Source: Eledone cirrhosa (taxonomy: Eukaryota). Taken from it: DNA of 64,000 nt. The DNA lies in contig OZ024740.1 of assembly GCA_964016885.1 (NCBI GenBank), positions 36,456,001 through 36,520,000 of the forward strand, written 5' to 3'. A program made the position numbers and the translations under genes. Under the pieces are notes generated by a model. That model was not told where the DNA came from. It did not search any database and saw only the letters and a list, made by a program, of their open reading frames with translations. Positions 1-10,605 of the stretch are shown here, piece by piece (within the stretch, counting starts at the first letter, position 1; every line of letters begins with the position of its first letter).

Positions 1-172
1 TGTTAATAAATTGTGCTTTGATTCATTACTGATTTCTCGTTCTTTATAATAGTATACTCTGCTCTGCGTGAGCATAGAGTGCTCAACCGACATACCGCCT
101 ACCCACGCATTTATCTGCAACACTACAACTATATACATATATATAAATGCGTGTGTCTGTATAGTTGTGTAT

Positions 173-282
<110 letters not shown>

Positions 283-554
283 ATAATTATGCACATACAC
301 AGCTATACAGCGATAGAGGAGAGTATAGAGTATATAATTGCCAACAGGTTTTATACTAAGCTCAATATGTTTATCTGGTCACAGGTGGAAAAATAAAGAA
401 GTTCTTAAGATTAGAAACAAAGCGCGATACATGTAAAACAGAAGATATACAATAAAACAGAATGATAGAATAGAGTTTCTAATACATTTACTGCTTTACA
501 ACTGTTTCAATATTACATCTGATTATTACATCCTCAGGTAAAAATAATGATTTC

Positions 555-757
555 TTATATAGGCACAAGGCCAATAATTTGGGGATATGGGAAGTCGATT
601 AAATCGACCCCAGTATGTTACTGGTGCTTTATTTTATCAACCTCCATAAGGATGAAAGGCAAAGTTAACCTCAGCGGGATTTGAACTCAGACCGTAAAGG
701 GCCATAACTTTATGCTTCAAAGCATGGTGTTCGACTCTCTACCGATACTGCCATCTA
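555..757 (-). mobile_element. tRNA-derived SINE (octopus OR-like family)
   Basis: Reverse complement matches the family at 22645-22835 (ggcagtatcggtagagag ... gagttcaaatccc ... ctttgcctttcatcctta). Flanked by the imperfect direct repeat catcctcag..aaaataat (about 529 and 759). Confidence 0.8.
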
Positions 758-940
758 CCATCCTCAGAAGAAAATAATACAAGTTTGAACGCATTTTTGT
801 ATAAAATTATGTATCATAGGTTACAATACCTTACGAGAAGCAAATCCATGGAAAATAAAGAGAATACTGAAAAATGAAGCTCTATAGGCAAGATGCAGGC
901 TATATACACATACATATTGTATTTATATATTACATTTCAA

Positions 941-1327
941 TACATACATACATACATACATACATACATACATACATACATACATACATACATACATACA
1001 TACATACATGATGGCTGCCAACTCGTTTTTGAGTACGGCCACTACTTTATATCCATGTAGGAGAACCCCTACCGATGCGCTGAACGAGTGTGACTTTTTA
1101 GTCCAGCCAGCGACTTGAAAACTCTGGTACAAACACTACAGTTGTGAACAATATTGACACATAGTGCTGGGCCCATGGTACCATGTGACGACAAGTGCAG
1201 AGAGATCTCCAGATATAAAGCAATCCCTGTGCCGTGAAGCTTTTATAGTGAGCAAAGGCACTGCACAAAGCCAGTCCCACTCTCTTAACCAAGATGATAT
1301 TTACCAAAAAGAACAAGTCAACATCAT
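941..1327 (-). mobile_element. 5'-truncated non-autonomous RTE-like element with (ATGT)n tail
   Basis: The minus strand ends in a C2H2 finger remnant ([22 protein letters not shown]), a short 3' UTR and an (ATGT)n tail. Same family as 1955-2563, 8712-9029 and 12302-12892. Confidence 0.7.
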
Positions 1328-1404
<77 letters not shown>

Positions 1405-1632
1405 AATGGAATAGAATCAAACGAAATTTCATTTCTCACTCTTAGTACGGCACTTACTTAAATGTAAGTATGTATGTATACACATACATACACATACATA
1501 CACATACACTTACATACACACACACATATATATACAATAAATATACATATATATACATATACATACACATATGTATACATATACACATACATATACATAC
1601 ATATACATACATACATATACACATATATACAC

Positions 1633-1671
<39 letters not shown>

Positions 1672-1955
1672 CACACATATACATACATATATACATATAC
1701 ATATACATATATACACACATACATACATATACACATATACATACATATACACATATACATACACACACATATATATACACATATATACATATACATACAT
1801 ACACATACATATATATACACATATATACACATACATATACACATATACATATACATATATACATATATACATACACACACACACATACATACATACATAC
1901 ATACATACATACATACATACATACATACATACATACATACATACATACATACATA
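1328..1955. repeat. Compound (TA)n/(CA)n/(ACAT)n microsatellite with a short unique spacer
   Basis: Direct reading. Source of the spurious YVC/HTY ORFs. Confidence 0.95.
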
Positions 1956-2563
1956 CATGGTGGCTGCCAACTCGTTTTCGAGTACGGCCACTACTTTATA
2001 TCCATGTAGGAGAACCCCTACTGATACGCTGAACGAGTGTGACTTTTTAGTCCAGCCAGCGACTTGAAAACTCTGGTACAAACACTACACTTGTGACAAT
2101 TATTGACACATAGTGCTGGGCCCATGGTACCATGTGACGACAAGTGCAGAGAGATCTCCAGATATAAAGCAATGCCTGTGCCGTGAAGCTTTTATAGTGA
2201 GCAAAGGCACTGCACAAAGCCAGTCCCACTCTCTTAACCAAGATGATATTTACCAAAAAGAAGAACAAGTCAACATCCTTGGATACCATCAGGGTTGCAG
2301 GTGTTATATCAGAGTTTTCCTTCTCCTAGAATTCTGCCTTGACAAAGGCTAAGGGGTCATCTCCCCCAGTGATTTTAGATGGCCATTGACTCTTAAGAGC
2401 TCCTTTGCCCTTTGACAGGTTTTGTTTTTAGTCCTGCAGGATGTCCAAAGTCATCCTCCTCATCAAGAAACCTTGGTGGGGTTGCCAGTTTAGTCGCCAA
2501 CGACCCGACCATGGGACAGGTTGTACTGGGATACATGTTACCAGTAGCTCCAACTGGTGACCT
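1955..2563 (-). mobile_element. Bipartite non-autonomous RTE-like element (5' UTR fused to 3' end)
   Basis: The 5' part contains CTAGGAGAAGGAAAACTCTG, typical of RTE 5' regions, and the 3' part has the C2H2 remnant. No RT between them. Flanked by (ACAT)n on both sides. Confidence 0.7.
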
Positions 2564-2650
2564 GACACATACATACATACATACATACATACATACATAC
2601 ATACATACATACATACATACATACATACATACATACATACATACATACAT

Positions 2651-3167
2651 ACATGATGGCTGCAAACTCTGCTAAGAGTATTGCAATCGCTTGTCAGAAA
2701 ATAGTGCACCTTTAGGCTACGATCAGCCACACAAACCTGTAACATATCCTGAACAAACAATGCCTGTGCTTTAAAGGTTTTTTAAGTGGGGAAAGGCCTT
2801 CCACTCGTCCAATCCCACGCTCTGAGCATCAAAAACACAACCCGAAAAGGAGAACTGGTCAATATCACAGGATGCTTCCGAAGCCGCAGGTTTTTTTTCC
2901 GAGTTTCTCTCTCCTAGAAAGGTGTTGTAACAACACATGAGGACCTTTTACTCCCAGGTGAAAAGAAAATACTATTTGGATGGCCGTTGACTCTGCTGAG
3001 TTCCTCCGCCCTTCACCGGGTGTTGTATTTCATCCAGCAAGGTGTCCAACTATCACCCTCCTCATCAAGCAAGCTTGGTGGAGTTGCCAGTTTAGTCGCC
3101 GACGACCAGACCATGAGACAGGTTGTACTGGGTTACATGTTACCAATAGCACGCGAAAGCGACCTGA
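2651..3167 (-). mobile_element. Second subfamily of the bipartite RTE-like element
   Basis: The 5' part (GGTCGC...GGTAACATGTA.CCCAGTACAACCTGTC...GGCGACTAAACTGGCAAC) aligns with 2400-2563. It has the same terminal GCAGCCATC(ATGT)n. Confidence 0.65.
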
Positions 3168-3199
3168 CATACATACATACATATATACATACATACATA

Positions 3200-3590
3200 A
3201 TATGAAAGAGTACTGGTGGAATGTTCCAATAAAAACCCCAATAAAATGTAAGCATAACAAACCATATATAATGATATGGGACAGGGAAAAGAAGGCATAA
3301 ACAGTAGTGGAAGTTACCTGCCCAGCAGATGCCAATATAATAATACAGATTAGCGAAAACGAGAATATCTATGCAGAACTAATGAGAAATCTGCAGATAC
3401 TCCACCTTCAGATTTATACCTGTGATTATTGGGGCACTGGGGTATGTTAGTAATTGCCTCAGTACAAATCTTGAGAAGCTGGGCGTCACAAAAACAGAAA
3501 GAACACGTCTAGTTAGGAAATTACAATTACAATTCATTAATGAAATAGTAAAAATATGTAAAACATTCCAAAAATTCAGCATCCAATGAC
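3200..3590 (+). mobile_element. 3' fragment of an R4/Dong-like LINE (restriction-like endonuclease remnant)
   Basis: Translates as YWWNVPIKTPIKCKHNKPYIMIWDREKK..VVEVTCPAD, the degenerate PD..D motif region, with stops and frameshifts. Confidence 0.65.
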
Positions 3591-3850
3591 ACCATGTACA
3601 CATGTACAAAGCATATACACATACATACATATAACTCAAAACATACACCTCCACACATACAATAACATTCATACCTGCACATACATGTATGTGTGCAGAC
3701 ATGCATACAAATCTACCTAGTAGATGTTGCGTAAATTCCAATGAGAGTCTTGTATCTATGATAGAAACCGGCTCTCTCTATCTATTGGCAATAATTTGTG
3801 AGATTATAAAACCAGGAGAACATATATACATATAGATATAGATATATGCG

Positions 3851-3942
<92 letters not shown>

Positions 3943-4210
3943 CGAGTTAAAACAGTGGTAAACACTGTTAAAAAGGTACTCAATGCATTAGTAGAGTGGA
4001 AACATCATATTTAATATAGAAATGACTTCTACAGGAATGGACACTCATGATAATTTCATATGAATGAAACAGTTCTAGTGCTGTAGAGGATACTGGAGTC
4101 GGGTCCATAAGTCCTATGGGTTACCTTGAGCCAATCTTCTGCGAAACGCGCGTAACAGGTCGATAAACAATAAATATATTTTCTATTTAAATAAAACTTC
4201 CTTGTTTTTC

Positions 4211-4258
<48 letters not shown>

Positions 4259-4368
4259 ATAATAATAAATTTGAAGACTAAAATCCAAAGAGGGCTCGAT
4301 AAGGATAAATATATATCAAATATATAAGAACCCTAGAGCAAATATTTAAACTGTTATTTTAATAATTA

Positions 4369-4445
<77 letters not shown>

Positions 4446-4716
4446 GAAACATTTTGAGATATGTAATAAATGATTAAGTATTTCAGAAACCCAGTTCAAT
4501 GCGCTAGAAATATATAAAGGCAAATATTATTTTGTTTTGCTTTATTTAATCATCGTTGTTTTTCTATTATATATATATATGTGTGTGTGTGTGTCTGTGT
4601 GTATAGTAATGATAATAAATTTGAAGACTAAAATCCAAAGAGGGCTCGATAAGGATAAATATATATCAAATATATAAAAACCCTATTGCAAATATTTAAC
4701 CTGTTATTTTAAATAA

Positions 4717-4754
<38 letters not shown>

Positions 4755-4755
<1 letters not shown>

Positions 4756-5469
4756 GTTAACTATTTTACCCATTTTGACGCTATAGTCGCATATATGTTA
4801 TGGAATACTGTTAGCTTCTCGCTACAACAATTTCTATACCTTTCATTTATATATTTATACTCGGTTTTTTCCTAGAGTGCTTAAATTATTTCTGACTAAT
4901 CCCGGTTTTTTTAATGAAAAACTGCGATAATATTGCTTTCTGCTGAACTCCTTTTGTAGACTTTTTTCCGGAATGGTTTTGACTGTTGTTTCTTGTAAAC
5001 AAACATTCGTCTCCTTCTGACGTCAATAGGCATGTCTTTCCTCATGTGCGTTTTTCATAATCACGCATGATGGTGAACTGGCCAGCTTTAAAATTCCCTT
5101 TTTGGCATATTAATCTGTGAGAGTCCTGGTTATCGAGTTGAGCTCTGCTGAGGATTGAAATCCAACCGTGACTATCTCCACTGAAAGTTTTCATGAAATA
5201 GTCTTTAAGACTATACAGAGCATTTGAAGTTTTTCCAAATTGAAGGATGAGTATTTTAGACTTTATTTTATCATGAGTTAAGTCTCTATTGATTTTTCCC
5301 TGGATTTCACTAAATTCTGTGGATGAATTTATATCCTGATTCTCTTTCAGATGGGTTTGAATTATTTTTCCCACATCTTACGTTAACTATTTTCCCATTT
5401 TGACGCTATAGTCGCACGTATGTTATGGAATACTGTTAGCTTCTCGCTACAACAATCTCTATACCTTTC

Positions 5470-5473
<4 letters not shown>
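4755..5473 (-). mobile_element. Unclassified element with about 93-bp direct terminal repeats, inserted in (TA)n
   Basis: cgttaactatttt...atacctttcattt occurs at 4755-4848 and 5381-5473. It encloses a broken ORF remnant (5042-5374). Possibly a PLE-derived tandem fragment. Confidence 0.5.
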
Positions 5474-5520
<47 letters not shown>

Positions 5521-5599
5521 TGAAAACGGCGTGCTGTGTTGTTGCAAATGTGATATACAAATTAAAATGAAGAATTAGAAATAGAAGCCAGGACTCTCC

Positions 5600-5664
5600 A
5601 TCATCAGTAGTCTACTAGCCATCATAGGTATTTCTTTGCATTACAAACCAGATACTTCAGGCTA
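5600..5664 (-). ncRNA. Permuted hammerhead-like motif, family A copy 1
   Basis: tagcc-tga-agtaTC-tggttt-gtaatgcaa-a-GAAA-tacc-tat-gat-ggcta-gt-agacta-CTGATGA-t. Confidence 0.6.
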
Positions 5665-6581
5665 AAGCGAACAATAACTAAAATAAGTTATTGGGATAAA
5701 AAGAATTGGGTGGAGAAAGAGAGACAGGTAAACAAACACGAATGGTGAGGCAACGTAAAGAGACGAAAAAACGAGAAAATCAAGTCAATGATTCATTTGA
5801 ACATAAGAACTTGCGAAAATTGACGAGAAAACGAAAGACACATCTTAACCGTGCGAAAAGTAAGCGAGGAAAGAATTTCGCACGGTGTGGGACGATGGAG
5901 GAAGTGATAGAGAGGGTGAGAAGCAGAGAGTGAGTGAGTGAAAGTGTGAGGAAGAGGCTAGCCGAGAGAGGGTGACTAGCAGAGGGTGTGAATGAAAGTA
6001 AGAGGGAGAAGGAGAGAGAAGGGGGAGAGAGAAAAAGGATAGCAGTAAGGGACGAGAAAAAGACAGGTCACAGCGAAGGGGAAAGCATATAGGAATGAAA
6101 AATGGCGTGATGTGTTGTTGCACAAGTGATATACAAATTAAAATGAATAATTAGAAATAGGGAAAATGCTTTCCCCTTCGCTGTGACCTGTCTTTTTCTC
6201 TTCCCTCACTACTATCCTCTTTCTTTCCCCCTTCTCTCTCCTTCTCCCTCTTACTTTCATTCACCCCCTTTGCTAGTCACCCTCTCTCGGCTAGCCTCTT
6301 CCTCACACTTTCACACACTCACTCTCTGCTACTCACCCTCTCTCTCCCTTCTTCCATCGTCTCACACCGTGCGAAATTCTTTCCTCGCTTACTTTTCGCA
6401 CGGTTAAGATGTCTTTCGTCTTCTCGTCAACATTCGCAAGTTCTTATGTTCAAATGAATCATCGACCTGATTTTCTCATCTTTCCTCTCTTTACGTTGCC
6501 TCACCATTCGTGTTTGTTTACCTGTCTCTTTTTCCACTCAATTCTTTTTATCCCAATAACTTATTTTAGTTACTGTTCGCG

Positions 6582-6647
6582 CTAGCCTGAAGTATCTGGT
6601 CTGTAATGCAAAGAAATACCTATGATGGCTAGTAAACCACTGATGAT
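6582..6647 (+). ncRNA. Permuted hammerhead-like motif, family A copy 2
   Basis: ctagcc-tga-agtaTC-tggtct-gtaatgcaa-a-GAAA-tacc-tat-gat-ggctag-t-aaacca-CTGATGA-t. Confidence 0.6.
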
Positions 6648-7048
6648 GGACAGTCCTGGCTTCTATTTCTAATTCTTCATTTTAATTTGTATATATATAT
6701 AACTAAAATAAGTTATTGGGATAAAAAGAATTAGGTGGAGAAAGAGAGACAGGTAAACAAACATAAATGGTGAGGCAACGTAAAGAGAGGAAAAAATGAG
6801 AAAATCAAGTCAATGATTCATTTGAACATGAGAACTTGCGAATGTTGATGAGAAGACGAAAGACACAACGAAGGAGTTGTGGTAAGGAATCAGATGAACC
6901 ATAACGCACCAGAATACTGAATACTTAGGGCAGTAGAGTGGGTAATAGGAAAATGTATGAACCCCAACGGCAGAGCTCAAGCCGTTTCGACGGGTATTTC
7001 TGGACGTCGAATCGGCTTGAGCTCTGTCGTCGGGGTCATACATTTTCC

Positions 7049-7123
<75 letters not shown>

Positions 7124-7164
7124 CGAAACATAAGTCAATTGCATGAACTCATAATCCTTTATTT

Positions 7165-7220
7165 ACTGCTATATATATTTCGATGATAGCCATTGAATGG
7201 CTATGACCTCATCAGGCAGT
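7165..7220 (-). ncRNA. Minimal type I hammerhead ribozyme
   Basis: actgc-CTGATGA-ggtcatagcca-ttcaa-tggctatcatc-GAAA-tatata-TA^gcagt. Stem III is self-complementary. Confidence 0.9.
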
Positions 7221-7288
7221 TAGTCAGTTCTTAGATATGCCAGCCCTGTGTGTATAGTGTTGATGGTATCAGAGCCTTGGGACATATG

Positions 7289-7322
<34 letters not shown>

Positions 7323-7620
7323 ATATATATATAATATAATATAAAGCATTGTGAGATATTTAATAAATGATTAAGTATTTCAGAAATCCGGTTCAATGCG
7401 CTTGAAATATATAAAGGCAAAGATTATTTTGTTTTGCTTTATTTAAACATCCTTTGTCCTTTTTAATATTTTTACTGATTGTACCGGCTTTCTGAAATAC
7501 TTGACACGTATTTAATACATATATTTGTATACACACCTAGCACAGAATAATACGTTAATGGTGTCATTAGAATGTACATTTTAACTAAACTTGCCATACA
7601 CATCTTATTATACACACATC

Positions 7621-7689
<69 letters not shown>

Positions 7690-7748
7690 GAGAACAAAGA
7701 AGAATACTGCGTGGTTTGCACATGGGTTACATATGATAAAAATAGTCC

Positions 7749-7814
7749 TTCGTCAGTGATTTTCCCACCATCATTGGTATTTCATCGCATTAAAAATCAG
7801 ATACCTCAGGTTGG
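7749..7814 (-). ncRNA. Permuted hammerhead-like motif, family B copy 1
   Basis: ccaacc-tga-ggtaTC-tgatttt-taatgcga-t-GAAA-tacc-aat-gat-ggtggg-aaaatca-CTGACGA-a. Confidence 0.6.
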
Positions 7815-8275
7815 TGCGAGCAATAATCTAAAGAAAGTTATTGGGACCAGTAATCGCGTAAAGCGAGGGGGACAAGTGAACAACATAGAAGGATAAAAAC
7901 AAACCAAAGAAAGGAAATAAATAAGCAAGATGGTAGTCCTGGTCAGCATAATCTGGGTGGATTTCATGAGCGAAAAGTATAGACGTCCGACCTGAGTGAG
8001 ATGTAAGCAAGAAGAGAGGCCCACTGTTAGCCAAACGGGAGGAAGTGAGAAGGGGAGAAACAGAGAGTGAGTGAGTGGAAGTGCGAGGAAGCGGTCAGTC
8101 GAGAGAAAGTGTAACTGAAAGAGGGGGCGAAAGAAGGTGAGAGAAACAGAGAGAGCAGGGAAGCAGTAAGAGAGAAACAGACAAACGCAGCCGAGGTAAA
8201 TATATATAAAAAACATGAGAAGAAAGAAGAATACTGCGTGGTTTGCACATGGGTTACATATGATAAAAATAGTCC

Positions 8276-8341
8276 TTCGTCAGTGATTTTCCCACCATCA
8301 TTGGTATTTCATCGCATTAAAAATCAGATACCTCAGGTTGG
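8276..8341 (-). ncRNA. Permuted hammerhead-like motif, family B copy 2
   Basis: Identical to 7749-7814, one repeat unit away. Confidence 0.6.
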
Positions 8342-8711
8342 TGCGAGCAATAATCTAAAGAAAGTTATTGGGACCAGTAATCGCGTAAAGCGAGGGGGAC
8401 AAGTGAACAACATAGAAGGATAAAAACAAACCAAAGAATGGAAATAAACAAGCAACATGGTAGTCCTGGTCAGCATAAGCTGGGTGGATTTCACAAACGA
8501 AAAGTATAGACGTCCGACCTGAGTGAGATGTAAGCAAGAAGAGAGGCCCACTGTTAGCTAAACGGGAGGAAGTGAGAAGGGGAGAAACAGAGAGTGAGTG
8601 AGTGATACATACATATATATATATATACATATATATAGCCGTCGAAATAGCCGACGAAACGGCTTGATGTCTGACGTCGGGGTTATACCTTTTCCTATTA
8701 CATATATATAT

Positions 8712-9029
8712 ATGGTGGCTGCCAACTCGTTTTCGAGTACGGCCACTACTTTATATCCATGTAGGAGAACCCCTACCGATGCGCTGAACGAGTGTAACTT
8801 TTTAATCCAGCCAGCGACTTGAAAACTCTGGTACAAACACTATACCTGTGACAATTATTGTCACATAGTGCTGAGCCGATGGTACCATGTGAGACAAGTG
8901 CAGAGAGATCTCCAGATATAAAGCAATGCCTGTGCCGTGAAGCTTTTATAGTGAGAAAAGGCACTGCACAAAGCCAGTCCCACTCTCTTGACCAATATGA
9001 TATTTACCAAAAAGAAGAAGTCAACATCA
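8712..9029 (-). mobile_element. 5'-truncated non-autonomous RTE-like element
   Basis: Same family and same truncation point as 1008-1327. Confidence 0.7.
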
Positions 9030-9588
9030 TATATATATATATATATATATAAACGTTAGAATATGTGTAATAAGGCCAAGACAATGCAGATATGGACATA
9101 GAAAAAAGAATGCAATAGTGAAAGATATTGATGAGAATTCGTCTTTCACCTTGAATTTATTTAAATGTCCTTAATTTTCGAGATAATATCTCTTCTTCGG
9201 AGGGAAGTAAAAGTCTCAGACCAGCGTCTAAATTTCCAATGAAGCCATGCTGACCGGAAATAGTATAGAGTTCTAACTTTAATATCAAAGAATTAAAATT
9301 AGGTGGGTAAAGAGTAGTCTCCCTTTAAGAGGGGTTTGTTTATGTTTTTGTTGTGTTTTTTTTAAATTTTATATGCGTGCCTGTATATGTGTGTGGGAGA
9401 AAGCATGAAGGTGTAGGTATGTGGGTGTGTGTGTGTGTGAGTGTGGGAAGAGAGGTCTAATCGTAAAAGTGGGGGGTAGGTGTTATCTGGTGTTAGAACT
9501 GGTTTTGTGTGTGTATGTGTGAGGGAGAATAAGTGGAGATGTGCGCGTGCGTGTGTGTGGGGTGTGTAAAGTGGGGCTAGAGGCCCTA

Positions 9589-10596
9589 TCAGGTTATAAA
9601 TTGGGTGTTGAGCTCTAGTCTATTATTGATTGGTGGATGTGTTCTATCTATAATGAGTGCTTCCTTGATTCTAAGATTGCCGAGGTTTCTTTCCTTAGTT
9701 TCTATCCTAACTGTTATGTTATTATCAGTGTTTTTGCATTTAACTAGGTGTTTCTTAAATGAGGAAGCGTTAGTATTGAGGTGTTCTTTTATTCTTATGT
9801 GGAGTGGTCTGGTGGTGCTACCTACGTAGAAGTTGTTGCATTTGTCACACTCTAGTCTGTAAACTACGTAAGCCTGGTGGCATAGGTCTGTGTCGTTGAT
9901 GGGGCAGTTGGCTAGTCTGCAGCAGTTGTCATGTCTGGTGGAGTGTCTCTTAGCTAGCCGTCCACGCAAAGAAGGACCCGAATGGGCCAGTTGAATATCC
10001 AGACCTTCTCGTCTGATGGCTCTGCGGATGGCTGTTGTTGTTTCTTCACTGAAGTGTGGGAGCTTCAGGAAGCAAGTGTTAGTGCCTCGGGTGTGGTGTC
10101 CTCTGTTCTTTCTGGCACGGTTTGTGGTGGATGTCGTGTATCCGTTCAGTTTGAGTACTTCCAGGAAATGTGTGGTGTGTGTGTCTCGGTCTCTGGCGTC
10201 GGTGCATTTGTTCTTGATACGTGCCAGTTCGTTCTTTATGTATCCGAACTTGGCACCGAGTGGGAGGGCCGATCTGAAATGTACGAACAGGTCCCTGCTG
10301 GCGGCTTTTTTATAGAAGCAGGTGTGGATGTTGCCTTCCTCTGTTACCCTGAGTTGGAAGTCCAGCAGGGATAGGGATCCGCGGTCATCGGGGTGTTCTA
10401 TGCTGAACTTTATACTGGCGTCCATGCTGGAGAATGTTGTGTATATTTTCTCTGCCTCCTCACGGGATGATGTAAGGATGAGTATGTCATCTACATATCG
10501 GGTGAAGAAGGCATGGGAATGGCAGGTGTTGAGGGCTCGGCATTCTAGTTGGTTCATGTAAGTGATGGCCAGCAGGCCAGAGAGGCTGGATCCCAT
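9589..10596 (-). CDS. PLE RT C-terminal half plus GIY-YIG endonuclease (truncated, inverted copy)
   Basis: MGSSLSGLLA, RYVDD, LLDF, VVYRLECDKCNNFYVGST, RIKEH, KEALII. Confidence 0.9.
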   Translation of the reverse strand: MGSSLSGLLAITYMNQLECRALNTCHSHAFFTRYVDDILILTSSREEAEKIYTTFSSMDASIKFSIEHPDDRGSLSLLDFQLRVTEEGNIHTCFYKKAASRDLFVHFRSALPLGAKFGYIKNELARIKNKCTDARDRDTHTTHFLEVLKLNGYTTSTTNRARKNRGHHTRGTNTCFLKLPHFSEETTTAIRRAIRREGLDIQLAHSGPSLRGRLAKRHSTRHDNCCRLANCPINDTDLCHQAYVVYRLECDKCNNFYVGSTTRPLHIRIKEHLNTNASSFKKHLVKCKNTDNNITVRIETKERNLGNLRIKEALIIDRTHPPINNRLELNTQFIT

Positions 10597-10605
10597 GGGT
10601 AATCC

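Larger units (their letters stand above)
5517..6870. mobile_element. Non-autonomous retrozyme/pLTR-like element, about 576-bp unit, with inverted copies
   Basis: Direct repeat at 5521 and 6096 (tgaaaa.ggcgtg.tgtgttgttgc...ttagaaatag). 6165-6695 is an inverted copy and 6700-6870 is re-inverted. Bounded by (TA)n. Confidence 0.7.
7683..8605 (-). mobile_element. Non-autonomous retrozyme/pLTR-like element, 527-bp tandem unit (about 1.75 copies)
   Basis: 7683-8075 recurs 527 bp downstream. Its purine-rich tract gagagtgagtgagtg.aagtg.gaggaag is also present at 5925-5970. (TA)n flanks. Confidence 0.75.

Noticed and set aside
4040-4160. Hammerheads at about 4045-4090 and 4120-4160
   Set aside because: The first is a decayed relative of 37634 (core ATGATAA). 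The second has only the GAAAC-GCGC-GTA half with no recognisable CUGANGA.
6640-6665. Conventional type I or III hammerhead using the GGA-CAG-TCC hairpin after CTGATGA
   Set aside because: No GAAA follows the hairpin in either family A copy, and family B lacks the hairpin. Kept only as the alternative to the permuted model.
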